This document shows positions 1 to 12,109 of a DNA stretch of 64,000 bases, one piece after another. The DNA is from Felis catus (lineage: Eukaryota). The stretch lies in assembly GCF_018350175.1 (NCBI RefSeq), contig NC_058383.1:5582001-5646000 (forward strand), written 5' to 3'. Within the stretch, counting starts at the first letter, position 1. Every line of letters begins with the position of its first letter. The translations under genes and the position numbers were made by a program. The notes under the pieces are model-generated. The model saw only the letters and a program-made list of their open reading frames with translations, made no database searches and was not told the origin of the DNA.

Positions 1-107
1 TCTGAGCCATCAGCCCAGAGCCCGACGCAGGGCTCGAACTCACGGACCGCGAGATTGTGACCTGGCTGAAGTCGGACGCTTAACCGACTGCGCCACCCAG
101 GCGCCCC
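1..107 (-). mobile_element. CanSINE, young felid SINEC_Fc-like (partial, cut by window edge)
   Basis: Reverse complement of the GGGGCGCCTGGGTGGCGCAGTCGGTTAAGCGTCCGACTTCAGCCAGGTCA head. Confidence 0.9.
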
Positions 108-811
108 AAAATAGTAAAATTTAAAAGGATGGGGATATCCTAGGGATAACCTAAGTAACCTAAGGGCACGTATCCGTAAATGGAAAGATTTTCTCCTATC
201 TTTGCTTACTCGATAATAGGCTTTCCTTTACACTTAAGGGAAGCCCTGAGAGAATTCTCTAGGGCCTCTACCATCCTGGAGTCTTAACACCCATGAATCG
301 ATTTCAAGTAATAGAATCTTAACTCAGATCAGTGTACATAGAAAGGGGATTCTTCGGACACTTGGAACCAGGCGATGGGGAAGGGTAGGGGTGAGGCTGA
401 CCGTGGAGACAACTGGCGCTGGGAACTTGGACGCCTTTCATTTCTCTCCTCTGTGTGTGTCGGCTTAGATCCCACACACCGGCTTCTTTCGCTAGCTCGG
501 AGCGTGGCTGCTGCCACTGCCGGGTTCGTGTCCTTGTAGCTTTACTACCAGAAGAAAGGAGCTACCCTCTCCTCGGAAAACCCTCCGGAGAGGCATCCCG
601 GTTGGGTTCCCCCAAGTCTGATGATGATGACCCCTCACTGTGGGCAAGAAGGCGCGGCAGAGAAGAGCCTCATGACTTCTGTCCGAGGCATAGTGGGGAT
701 GGACCAGAGCCCTGTAGCGAACACAGCGGAAATGGTAGTGACCCGTACAGCCATCCCCATTATGTTCATACGCCTTTCTAGTTTCTGAAGCCCTCTATTC
801 TAAATTTCTTC

Positions 812-1030
812 TTTTTTTTTTTTTTTTTTAAGTTTATTTATTTTGAGAGAGCGAGAGAGACTGTGCAGACGGGGGAGGGGCAGAGAGAGACGGAGACCTA
901 GAATCCCAAGCAGGCTCCACACTGTCAGCAGGAGCCTGATGTGGGGCTCGAACTCATGAACCGCGAGATCATGACCTGAGCCGAAATTAAGAGTTGACTG
1001 TTTTAATTGACTGAGTCGCCCAGGCGCCCC
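812..1030 (-). mobile_element. CanSINE
   Basis: Poly-T, (GA)n, tRNA-derived head; TSD taaatt(t/c)cttctt. Confidence 0.9.
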
Positions 1031-1099
1031 TAAATTCCTTCTTAATAGGAAGAAATTACTTTTGATTTCTCTGCATAGAGACTATTCTGCGTAGAATAG

Positions 1100-2100
1100 T
1101 CACGGAATATTTTTATGATCTTGGGATATAAGAGGCCTAGCCAAGCTTGGCACTAAATGCAGAAACCATAAAGGAAAATATTGACAAATTTGATGCATAA
1201 AATGGAATATTCTGTATGGTAAAAGACACCATAAACAAATTTGACAAAGTAGCCAGAATATTTGTAAGCTACAAAAAATGTCTAGAAAAACCCTATTATA
1301 TATTAATATATATTAAGATTACAAACAAACGTATAAGACGACTAACAGTTCAATAGGCAAAAATAAGTCAAGGATGTAAAAGAAGAAGTTCATGAAAAGA
1401 AATTTAAGTGGCCAATAAAAAAGGAACTTCACTATTAATTAAAGAAATACAAACTTAAAGTAGGATGATAACAGATTGGGGCGCCTGGGTGGCTCAGTTG
1501 GTTAAGCGTCCGACTCTGCCTCAGGTCATGATCTCTCATTTCGTGGGTTCCAGCCCGGCGTCAGGAGGCTCTGTGCCAACAGCTTGGAGCCTGGAGCCTG
1601 CTTCGGATTCTGTGTCTCCCTGCCTTTCTGCCCCTCCCCTGCTCCTGTTCGTGTGTTCTCTCTCTCTCTCTCTCTCTCTCTGTCTCAAATAAATAAACAT
1701 TAAAAAAAAAAAAAGATAACAGTTCAACAAAGAGAAGAAAGGACACTGGGTGGTGACAGGGGAGGGATATGTGTGGGAAACAGGCACTTGGACACTCACT
1801 GCTAGCCGGACTGTAAATTGATAGAGACGTTCTTTCCGTAGGGTAGTCTGACAGTATGTATCCAAGTGTAGAATGTGTTTACACTTGATCCCGCAGTTCC
1901 ACTCTTAGTAGCTTTTTGAGGTCAGTAGGCAAGTAAGTATCTGCAAAGGAGTTTATTGCAGCATTGTTTGGCAGTGTAAGAGTGGAAACATTAAATGTTG
2001 GTATGGAACTCATTAAATGATGGTAAGTCCATACGATGGGGTATTATGTAGTCCTATAAAAGGATGAAAGGTACTGGTGATGTATTAAGTGAAAAAAGTA
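1100..2100 (+). mobile_element. Old L1 (ORF2 3' part/3'UTR) fragment interrupted by a SINE
   Basis: A-rich L1-like motifs (agaaaccataaaggaaaatattgacaaatttga, gatcccgcagttccactctta). Confidence 0.65.
1478..1714 (+). mobile_element. CanSINE
   Basis: GGGGCGCCTGGGTGGCTCAG head, (CT)n, AATAAA, poly-A; TSD gataacag. Confidence 0.92.
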
Positions 2101-2507
2101 CACCGCATATTCAAAAGTAAGTCTATTAGAAACTCTACCCTTTTTCCTTTTAAAATTTATTTTATTTTTTGAATAGATAATATAGTGATACATTTGGTTC
2201 AAAAACCAAAATGTAAAAAGGTATATATAGTGAAAAGCCTCTAATCTTTGAACCTGACCTCAGCTTCTACCCCCAACTTCTGTACATAACCATTCTTCTT
2301 GGTTTCTTATACCTCTTTCCGGACTTTCTTGATGTAAATATTCCCATTTACCTGCTGCCCCTCCCCCCCCCCCCACTTTTTTTTTTATTCATAGGTGGCA
2401 TCATAAAATATGCTTCTTGCTTTTTTTCCACTTAGATAAACCTTAGAGATATTTCCATTTGCATAAAAAGAGCTTATTTATTCCTGCTTACAAGTTTATA
2501 CTATTGA

Positions 2508-2702
2508 GGGGTGCCTGGGAGGCTCAGTCCGTTAAGTGCCTGACTTCAGTTCAGGTCATTGATCTCATGGTTTGTGAGTTTGAGCCCCGCAACAGGTTCT
2601 TTGCTGTCAGCACAGAGCCCCCTTCGGTTTCTCTCTCCTCCTCTCTCTCTGCCCTTCCCCTGCTCGTTCTCTCTCTCTCAAAATAAATAAACTTAAAAAA
2701 AA
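2508..2702 (+). mobile_element. CanSINE
   Basis: Head, (CT)n and A-tail; TSD aagt(t/c)t(a/g)tactattga. Confidence 0.88.
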
Positions 2703-3249
2703 GTCTGTACTATTGAAATTGTATGGACCATACAATAAATTGTACGGACAGTTTATTTAACCAGTCTCCTAGTGATGGATATTTCGGTTGTTTCTAATCT
2801 TACGCCATTAAAAACAAAGGTTTCACCTATGTTGGTCTGCACACTGATGTTGGGCTAGTGTATTTGTAGAATAAATTTTCAAAAGTGGCCGAAGAGTGCA
2901 TGTGTTTGTAATTTTGAGGGCTGTTGCCAGCTCCCCCTCCACAAGGAGTTGTGCTCATTTATGTTCCTGCTTGTGGGTTTCACTTGGTCTATGCTGTTGC
3001 CGAAGCTCAGGTGGTATCAGTTCAAGTTAGATTGTTGTAAATTTAGGGTGAGAACTGTAATCTCCCTGGTAACCACTAAGAAAATAACTAGTAAATATGG
3101 AAACAGAAAATAAAAAAATCAAAATGTATACCAAAAATTAAATATACACAAAAAAGAATTTTCTGATGTTTCCTGATTTTAATATAGCCAAATTTAACAG
3201 CCTTTTAAGCTGGAAATTTTGCAGTCTCTTTCTTTTTTTAACTTCTAAA

Positions 3250-6206
3250 TTTTTTTTTTTTTTTTTTTTGAGTTAGAGCTTTTTATGTCTTAAGAAATCT
3301 TTTTCCATGCTGTGGTCAAAACGATACTTAACCACTTTTTTTTCTACAATGTTTTAAGGTTTTGCTTTGACAGTTAATTTAAATCCATAGCCCATCCTGA
3401 ATTGATTTTTGGGTATGGTGTTAGGGAATCCATGAGGCGGTTTGTTTGTTTGTTTGTTTGTTTGTTTGTTTGTTTGTTTTTACAGATGACTGTGTTTTTC
3501 TCAGCTTCATTCCCTGAGTGGCTGTCCCGGCTCTCCCGTTCCTCCCTGCTTTTTAGTTCCATATGTGTATGGGTCTGTTGTGGGCTTTCTGTTCTATTTC
3601 ACTAATGTGTCAACTCCTTGTTCTAGTACCACACTGTTGTAATTATAATAGCTTCATAATAAATGATGTGATTTGCACATTTTGCTCCCTGTAGGTTTTT
3701 CACTCTTTCAATAGTGTCCTTTGATGCACAGAAGGTTTTAATTTTGATGAAGTCCAGTTGATCTTTTTTTTTCTTTTGTTGCTTGTGCTTTTAGTGTCAT
3801 CCTTAAGAAATCTTTGTCAAACTCAAGATCATGAAGATTTACACCAGTGTTATTTTCTATGACTTCCATAGTTTTAGCTTTGGAATTTGCATTGATATTT
3901 GCATATGGTGTGAGGTGAGTGAGGGTCCAGGTTCATTCTTTTGCAGGCGGACAGCTAGTTGCCCCAGCAGTAATTTTTGAAGAGACTTTTCTTCCCCCAT
4001 TGAACTGTCTTGGGACCTTGTTGAAAGTCAGTTTATCACATTTGTGTGGGTTTATCTGGGGACTCTTGATTAATCCCATCGGTCTATGGTCTAGTCTAGC
4101 CTTATGTCTAGCCTTATGTAGGTACCACACTGCTTTGATTATTGTAGCTTTGCGGTGAGTTTTGGAATGGAGAAGTTGGTGAGTCTTCCAACTTTATTTT
4201 TGTTTTTCGGGATTGTTTTGGCTATTCAGAGTCCCTTGCAATTCCATATGAATTTTAGGATCAGTTCTTCCATTTCTGCAAAACAGACCATTGGGATTTG
4301 TATGTGCATGTGCGTACCATTTCGATTCCCTTCTCATTCCCTTTTCTTTATATTTTGTAGATATTTTCTTGGGGATTACAGTTATCCTAAATGTATAACA
4401 ATTGTATTTCATCTGATACCAGCTTAACTTCGATACCATATAAAAACTCTGCAACGCAGTCCTGTCATTTTATGTTACCACAAATTACGTCTGCATACAT
4501 TGTGTGTCCGCTAACATAGATTTATAATTTTTTATGTGTTCATCTTTTAAATCATGTAGGAAATATAAAGAGGATATATACACGAAAAATACAATAATGC
4601 TGGCTTTTATATTTACCAGTGATATTTATTTGTTCTTATGTCTTCCAGTTACACTTAGCGTCTTTTTGTTTTAGCCTGAAGGACTCCCTTTAACCTTCTT
4701 GTTAGGTATAGTGGCAGCAGTCTCCCTAAACTTGTGTTTATCTGGAGATGTCTCAATTTCTCCTTCATTTTTTTTTTTTAATTTTTTTTTCAACATTTAT
4801 TTATTTTTGGGACAGAGAGAGACAGAGCATGAACGGGGGAGGGGCAGAGAGAGGGAGACACAGAATCGGAAACAGGCTCCAGGCTCCGAGCCATCAGCCC
4901 AGAGCCTGACACGGGGCTTGAACTCACGGACCGTGAGATCGTGACCTGGCTGAAGTCGGACGCTTAACCGACTGCGCCACCCAGGCGCCCCTCTCCTTCA
5001 TTTTGAAAGACCACTTTTCCAGGTGTAGAACTCTTGGTTAATGGTTTTTCTCCTTTGGCTCTTTATATGCGACGTCCCGCTGCCTTCTGGCCTCCATGGT
5101 TTCTGATGAGAAATCCGTTGTTAATCGTATTGAAGATCATTTGTATGTGATGAGTTGGTCCCTTTTGCTGCTTTCAAGGTTCTCCATCTTTGCATTTCAC
5201 AGTTTGATTATGATGCATCTCAGTGTGGGTTTCCTTGAGTTTGTCTTAGTTGGACTTTGTTGAACTTGTTGGATGTGTAGATTCATGCCTTTTATCAGAT
5301 TGGGACATTTTTAACCACCGCATCTTCAAATATCCTTTCTGACCCCTTTCCCCTCTTTTCCTGGGACTCTCATTATGTGTGTGGATTGGTCCACTTGGTG
5401 GTGTCCCATAAATCCCCTTAGCCTTTGTTCATCGATATTTTTTTTCATTCTTTTTTCTTTCCACCTCTCAGCCTGGATAGTTTTATTTGAACTCTCTCTA
5501 AGTTCACTGATTCTTCTGTCTGCTAACATCTGTCGTGGAACCCCTCTAGTGAATTTTTTTGTTTCAGTTATTACACTTTTCAGCTCCAGATTTGTATTTG
5601 GCTCCTTTTACTAATTTGTATCTCTGTTGATCTTCACTTACCAGAACATCGTTCTCCTGGTTTCCTTTAGTTCTTTGTCCATGATTTCCTTTAGCTCTTT
5701 GAGCATGTTTAAGACAATTGATTTAAAGTCTTGTCTAGTAAGGCCACCATCTGTTTTCTCAGGGGCACTTTCTTTTACATTTCCTTTGTACGTGTGGGTG
5801 GGCTATACTTTGTTTCTTTGCATGTTTTGTACTTTTCTTGTTGAAAATTGGACATGTTGAATGATATGAATGTGCACAGAAGAAGAAAGAAAAGAAAGGA
5901 AAAAAGTATCCTGTGGGTCTTTGCCGATTAGCTCTGCGTTGGGACACTCCTTACCCAGGCCACTTATAGCTCTGCTGGAGTCCTCACCTCCTGCCTTTGC
6001 AGGGCAGAGAGCCTAGCCAGAGGTGAAAGTTATATTCTTGTCAAGTCTTTTGTGGGCGTGCCCTTCCCTGACCGTGAAGGTGGCTCTCAAGCTTTCTTCG
6101 TATGTTGCAGTAGCTTTTCAGAGACCTCCCCCTCCCACCCCCGGCAAATCTCACTCCCCAGCTTTTCTGCTAAAGCTTTCAGTGTGTCTGTTGTTTGCCG
6201 CAGTTG

Positions 6207-6245
<39 letters not shown>

Positions 6246-6600
6246 TTTATTTATTTATTTATTTATTTATTTGCCCCAGGTGGAAGTGTCTTGTCCACTT
6301 GGCTTTCACTGTTTTTGAGGAACACTCCATCCTGATAGAGTTCTGAGTTTGTGAAACCAAGGGAAGCCGCTTGAGGCAGTCCTTGAGGGAAACCTCTGGT
6401 GAAAAGAAACACAGTGCCTGGGGAATGATAAGGGCCACTGTGCTCTCACTGGAACGTGTGTTGTCATTAAGACCGCTGTTGGGTGGGGTTCTGATAAATT
6501 AAAAGACACAAAGAAATTCTGCCCTGTTTCAGTGGCCTTTCTCCTGGTTTGATGTGGTTGCTATAAATCTTTGTCTTCCAGAATTCTGATAAAGTTGACA
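3250..6600 (-). mobile_element. Degraded antisense L1 fragments (mosaic)
   Basis: T-rich L1 ORF2-like antisense sequence; ORFs 3933..4130 and 4194..4454 (-) carry L1 ORF2-like remnants. Confidence 0.7.
4768..4991 (-). mobile_element. CanSINE, young SINEC_Fc-like
   Basis: Near-identical to the copy at 14504-14748; TSD tctccttcattt. Confidence 0.93.
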
Positions 6601-6605
6601 TTTAT

Positions 6606-6935
6606 GTTTTTTTTTTCTTCTATTTAATTTTTTAATTTCCATCCAAGTTAGTTAGCATATAGTGCAACAATGATCTCAGGAGTAGATTCCTTAATGCCCC
6701 TTCCCCATTTAGCCCATCCCCCCTCCCACAACCCCTCCAGTAACTCTCAGTTTGTTCTCCATATTTATGAGTCTCTTCTGTTTTGTCCCCCTCCCCCCGT
6801 TTTTATATTATTTTTGTTTCCCTTCCCTTATGTTCATCCGTTTTGTCTCTTCAAGTCCTCATATGAGTGAAGTCATACGATTTTTGTCTTTCTCTGACTG
6901 ATTTCACTTAGCATAATATCCTCTAGTTCCATGCA
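6606..6935 (-). mobile_element. Carnivore L1 3' end (5'-truncated)
   Basis: Poly-T then ccatccaagttagttagcatatagtg...ctgactgatttcacttagcataat, typical of a carnivore L1 3'UTR. Confidence 0.7.
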
Positions 6936-7057
6936 CGGACACTGACGGTTTTTGACAAGAGACTCATTTCTACCCTGGAACTAAGGACTAAGTAAAAGCC
7001 AGTGGAATGGTGATCAGTAGTTAGAGTAGAGTAGGTTAGATCAGAAAACACAGTGTC

Positions 7058-7258
7058 TGGGTGTGTGGGTGGCTCCATCGGTTAAGCATCCACTCTTGAT
7101 TGCAGCTGAGGTCACGATCTTGTGGTTCGTGAGTTCAAGGCCCACGTTGGGCTCTGCACTGACAGTGTGGAGCCTGCTTGGGATTCTCCCTCTCTCTGCC
7201 CCTCCTCTGCTCACGTGGATGTTCTCTCTCTCTCCCTCTTTCAAACAAACAAAAAAAC
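7058..7258 (+). mobile_element. CanSINE (older)
   Basis: Diverged head, (CT)n, A-rich tail. Confidence 0.8.
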
Positions 7259-7354
7259 AGTGCAAAGCATTTAAGAATCAGTAGGAAACTCATTCAAAAA
7301 AATATTGTCAGTCTTAAAACTTGAAACCATTTTGGCAGTATTGGTTTGAAAGTG

Positions 7355-7357
<3 letters not shown>

Positions 7358-7427
<70 letters not shown>

Positions 7428-7455
7428 GTATACGTATACATATACATATATATAT
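7358..7455. repeat. (TA)n/(TACATA)n microsatellite
   Basis: Direct inspection. Confidence 0.95.
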
Positions 7456-7603
7456 GTTTGAATTTATATCTACCTTTATTTTCTACCTTTGTGCTGACAA
7501 GCTATAACTTTATGTTCATGTTTATACTTTAGATTTTGTATCTAATATTTATTGTATGTCAGTTAAATGTCCATATTTAGTTTTTATGTTCTTTTTCCTA
7601 CAG

Positions 7604-7677
7604 AAGGTTTGAAGTCCCAAGTTGCCCGCCACAGTCTGAACTATATACAGGAAATTGGAAATGGCTGGTTTGGAAAG
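7604..7677 (+). CDS. LMTK2: LMTK2 coding exon 4 (start of kinase domain, Gly-rich loop GNGWFG)
   Basis: ttttcctacag|AA GGT TTG AAG... translates (E)[24 protein letters not shown]|gtaaga; 74 nt; matches recalled LMTK2 sequence; exon number by analogy to human. Confidence 0.95.
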
Positions 7678-8429
7678 GTAAGATGTTCACATTTACTTTT
7701 TTTCCTTCCTAGTGCTAGTGTTTAGAATTTGAAGCTAATTAAGAATTGTTGTGTGTGACATTCCACATTCTCTTTGGATGCTGTGGTACGGATTGATTTT
7801 CCTCATTATGCCTGACCCCCCCCCCCCCCAGAAAGAGGGGTTTCGGCGTTTCCAGGTGGATACGTTTTTCCAAGAAGGCCTTTTATTTATATAGCAGATG
7901 CTTTTCTAATTGTTGGTGCAAGAACAGTAAGCAGGGAAAAGAGACTGGAATTTTGGAAGCTTTTTATCCTCCTCAAGTTAAATTATTATTTTATCTATTT
8001 ATCTATTTATTATTTATTTTTATATTTTTATTATTCTTTTCATTCTTCTCCCCTTCTCCCTCCCTCCCTCCCTCCCTCCCTTGTGATACTGAAACCACTT
8101 TAGAATTCTTGATGCATCGTAGCATTGTAATGAAAACCACGACAAAGAACTGTTCTCTCTTTCTCCTGGCCTGTCAAGGGACGAATGGTAACAGTGCCTT
8201 GTCGATCCTTTTACCACGGGGTGTTCAGAAGGAATCATTTTATTACAACAGCTAGTTCCGTGATGTAGCTAGCAGTCATTCTCGGTAAAAGGTTCCTAAC
8301 TGAGCAGCGATTGCATCATAAGCAGGGTGGTCAAGACAAGATGTATGTGCTCGGTGGTCAGCCGTGTTATGCACCTTGCTTTCCATTCAGAGTCGTTTGT
8401 CAGTCCTGTATCTTTGATGTCATGCAGCC

Positions 8430-9900
8430 TTTATTAGTCACTGAATCTTCTAAGCCATACAGCAAAACCTGTTACGTATCACATTGTTCTCAACGTGGAG
8501 GGTATAGCGTGGGGGACGATGGGTGAAGTCCTGACCTGCGTGGAGTCTACGAATGTAGCAGCAAACGAGAGAACCCCTTGCCCCGACAAAGGCTAAATCT
8601 CTAGCTGCGGAGAGAGTGTGTGTGTGGGAAGATCAGACAGTAAACATTCAGGGGGAGGAGACGGGCCCAGAGGGGTGTGGGGGAGCCAGGTGACGGGAGA
8701 CAACATATGCATCCAGAGACTTTTACTCAGAGTGAGGTGGGAGAGGACTCGGGCGTCTGAGCCCCGAGGGATGCAGTCTGGCTTCCCTTCACAAGGACCA
8801 GGTGGGCAATTATGTTGTGGAAGGCCAAGGGGAAAGCTGGGAGATTGCTTAGAAGGCTACTGCAGTCATACGGGCGAGGTGCAGGCAGGCTTGGATGATA
8901 GCACAGAGTGGTGACAAGTGGTGCGAGTCGAGATGGAGTTTGCGATAAGAGCGTGCGGGACTGGGGACGGGTCAGATGTGGAGTCCGGAAGAGGGGGGTC
9001 AAGGATGGCTGCTGTGGCCCGGTTGGTGGGAAGCAGAGAATTACTGTCAAGCGAAACGGAAAGATTAAGGAGAAGCAGGCGTGGAGGAGGAGGAGGAGGA
9101 GGTCGGGAGTTCGCTTTTGGGTAGGTTAGGTGTGCTATGGCTCGTGGGCATCCAGATGGAGAGAGGAGTAGGCAGTTGGAAATACACACCTAGAGTTCAA
9201 GGGCGAGGGTCCAGGCCAAAGATAGACATTTGGGAGAACTCAGTGTATAGCTGGAAGTCAAAGGTAAGAGGCCAGATGGAATCACCGAGACCCTGAATGT
9301 GGAGGGGAAGTGGAGGCAGGGGGACTGAGCCCCGAGGGTCTGGTTGGGAGGGGTCAGCGCAGTCAGGGAGAGCTGGTGACGGAGACTGAGGCAATTGGCC
9401 ACTGAGAAGGAGGGGGCGCAGGATAGCGGGGTGTTCTAAGGGTCGGCGAAGAAGGAGACCCAAGAAGATAAATGGTAGTGACTGCTGCTGGCAGACTAAG
9501 AGAAGACTGGGAAAAGTGGGACTCGGCCACATGAGGTCCGTGGTATTGTCAAAAGAGGCTGTTCGGGGGTCACGTCCTCACATGTAGGCGCAAGGGAGAA
9601 AGTGGAGACGGCTCGTGTAGACGACCCCGTTGAGGAGTTTTACCGTAAAGGGAGCAGAGACGTGGAGTACGAGCCGTTCGGGGCCGTCCCAGGGCCAAGG
9701 GAAGGTTGTTTTGGTTTGCTTTGCTTTTTATAGGCTGTGTAGCTATTTTAGCCGCTTTATGCAGTAGGGGAGGAAGTGATAGTGCAGGAGAGAGCAAGGG
9801 GGGATGCTGTCAGAGTTCTCTTGAAACGGGAATAAAAGCAGCGTGTGGGTACAGGTGCTGGTATAAAATGGGGAAGTCCACTTCTGGTTACTTTATTCAA
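8430..9900. mobile_element. Degraded L2 LINE
   Basis: Purine-rich L2-like motifs (gttcgcttttgggtaggttaggtgtg, ggcagttggaaata, tagagttcaagggcgagg). Confidence 0.6.
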
Positions 9901-10377
9901 TGAACAGAGGCCAGTTTGAAAGGGAGGAGTCAAAAGACACGTTGAATCTTCTAAGCCATACAGGAGGAGAGGGTGTGAAAGAGTCCTCCTGGGAAATCCA
10001 TCCGGTAGGGAACACAGCGGGAGGATGGGAATGCTGAGGACCCTCACAGATTTGAAACGAGGCCGGTCGCCGTGGTCGTGTGCGCGTGTTTTGTCTACAT
10101 TCGGTGTTACTGTAGGCAGGTAGTTGAGTGTTAGCGCCACCGGGGTTTGGCTGAGCTCCTAGGCCTCAGCAAGAGTGGTGAAGGGGGTGGCGGTAGTGGA
10201 GGATCATGGGCCCTAAGCTGCCAGGGAGGGGAGGGGGCCCTGTGGTAGGGCAGGTGGTAGAGGGCTGCTGTCGTGAATGGATCTGGAGGCCAGGTTGTGC
10301 GCTTCTTGGGTTAGACGGTTGAAGTGAGCTGGAAATCAGAGGACTGGTAGAGAAGGAGAAGTTAAAATTCAAGGTTA

Positions 10378-10610
10378 GGGGGGCATCTGGGTGGCTTAGT
10401 CAATTGTGTCTGCCTTCAGCTCAGGTCATGATCTCACGGATCATGAGTTCAAGCCCCATGTTGGGCTCTGTGCTTACAGCATGGAGCCTGCTTTGGATCC
10501 TATGTCCCTCTCCCTCTCTGCCCCTCCCTCACTTGTGTTCGTTCTCTCGCTGTCCCTCTCTCTTTCTCTTTCTCTGTCTCTGTCTCTCTCTCAAAAATAA
10601 AAACATTTAA
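10378..10610 (+). mobile_element. CanSINE
   Basis: Head, (CT)n and tail; TSD aaaattca(a/g)ggtt. Confidence 0.88.
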
Positions 10611-11721
10611 AATTCAGGGTTTGGGACATGATCCAACTATTAGCTAGGTCTAGACCTGTGGGAGTTTTTTGCCAAGATTGGGTCATAGAAAAGAGTATTG
10701 GAAGTGAGGTAGAAAACCTAAGAGGTCAAGATGTTGACTGAATTGTCCCTGCTGACATTGAAGACCAAGGATGATGGCAGCGGTGGTAGAGAGAGTGAGA
10801 TTATACTGATCTTTTCTGGAATTGATATCTGATCAGTGTTAGGCTTATGGTAGATGTGCAGGCTAGTTATTTGAAACCAGGAATATGACTTGGTTAATTA
10901 TCAGAATTTCTTGTCTGTTTCTTTTTCTGCCCTTACATTCTTTAATAAACACAATACATGCTGTTCACTTATTCTCAATTTCCAGGGCATTAAAGTTAAC
11001 CTACTCGATAAAATATTAAAAACTATTTTAAAAAGAAGGCTTTTAGTTTTGGCCATTCTTGAATTAAATGAAAACTTTCACTTCATCGTCATTTACATCT
11101 TAAATATTGTATTTTTGGAACACCTCTGTATTGCCCAATGTTGTATTTGGTATTTTGCTCGTCGTGTGCTCGTTTGCTCGTTTTCATTCATTTTGTATTC
11201 TGTTGCTTTCGGTGGCATATTTTTTCCTTGTGTTTTAACTGAGGTTTCGGTATAAGATAAAGGTCTGGAATAATTGCGATGCCGTAGATTTTTAAAGTCA
11301 CAATGCTGTGATAATATGTTTGTACGCTGCTGTTTGTCCCTTTACTTTCTCTTATGTGAAGGAGACAAAATAACAAAACCCAGCTGAAGTGTTTTGAGAA
11401 ACATTTGAGTTCTGTTTGAACTGAACTTGTAAATAACTCTTCTGTGATGTCACCGGTAATATTTGTGAAAGTATAGTACATTTTTAAAATAAATAGAAAA
11501 GAAACACGGATACATCGATGAATGCTGTCCATATCCAGTAAACAGTTTAAAACAAGGAAAACATTTTCATTTCACAAGCTTTTTCTGAGGTAGTATTTTC
11601 ATGATAGAGGACCTTCCGATTGTTCCTTAATTTATTTTCCTGGATTCCATTTCCTGATGAATGAGACCTGCTTCTTTACCATTTCGATGGAAGTGAGATG
11701 AAAACCTGTTCTTTGTTTTAG

Positions 11722-11840
11722 GTCCTCCTTGGAGAGATTTACACAGGCACTAGTGTAGCGAGAGTAATAGTGAAGGAGTTAAAAGCGAGCGCGAGCCCAA
11801 AGGAACAAGATACTTTTTTGAAAAATGGCGAGCCTTACTA
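11722..11840 (+). CDS. LMTK2: LMTK2 coding exon 5 (VAIK-equivalent VIVKEL)
   Basis: ttgttttag|GTC... [39 protein letters not shown](Y)|gtaagt; 119 nt; phase consistent with both neighbours. Confidence 0.96.
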
Positions 11841-12021
11841 GTAAGTACCTTAAGATGTGTTTTGTAAACATAGTCCGGGGTCTGTTGAGGACCAGGTGTT
11901 TAAAATGACTTTGCAATGTATCGTATTTAAATTGTGATGAATGTTAAAATTTAGATTACTGTCTGAACAGGTGTGCTCGTGTGCTCCCTGATGAATGACA
12001 CGTGACTTTTCTTTTCCCCAG

Positions 12022-12109
12022 TGTTCTTCAGCATCCAAATATTCTTCAGTGTGTTGGACAATGTGTAGAAGCAATTCCCTATCTCCTGGTGTTTGAGTTC
12101 TGTGACCTG
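12022..12109 (+). CDS. LMTK2: LMTK2 coding exon 6
   Basis: cttttccccag|T GTT... (Y)[29 protein letters not shown]|gtaagt; 88 nt. Confidence 0.96.

Noticed and set aside
141..165. TAGGGATAAC resembles the first 10 nt of the I-SceI site, followed by a TAACCTAAG tandem duplication
   Set aside because: The rest of the 18-bp site (AGGGTAAT) is absent; a chance match with no other sign of engineered DNA
329..781. ORFs 329..517 (-) and 455..781 (+) in CpG-containing unique-looking sequence
   Set aside because: No recognisable protein or splice context; weakly resembles an ancient LTR (MLT/ERVL-type) remnant, too uncertain to call
11930..11995. C/D-box snoRNA-like motifs (GTGATGA ... CTGA ... CTGA) in the short intron 5
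   Set aside because: Only ~58 nt long, no terminal stem, no recognisable rRNA guide, and only ~30 nt from the 3' splice site
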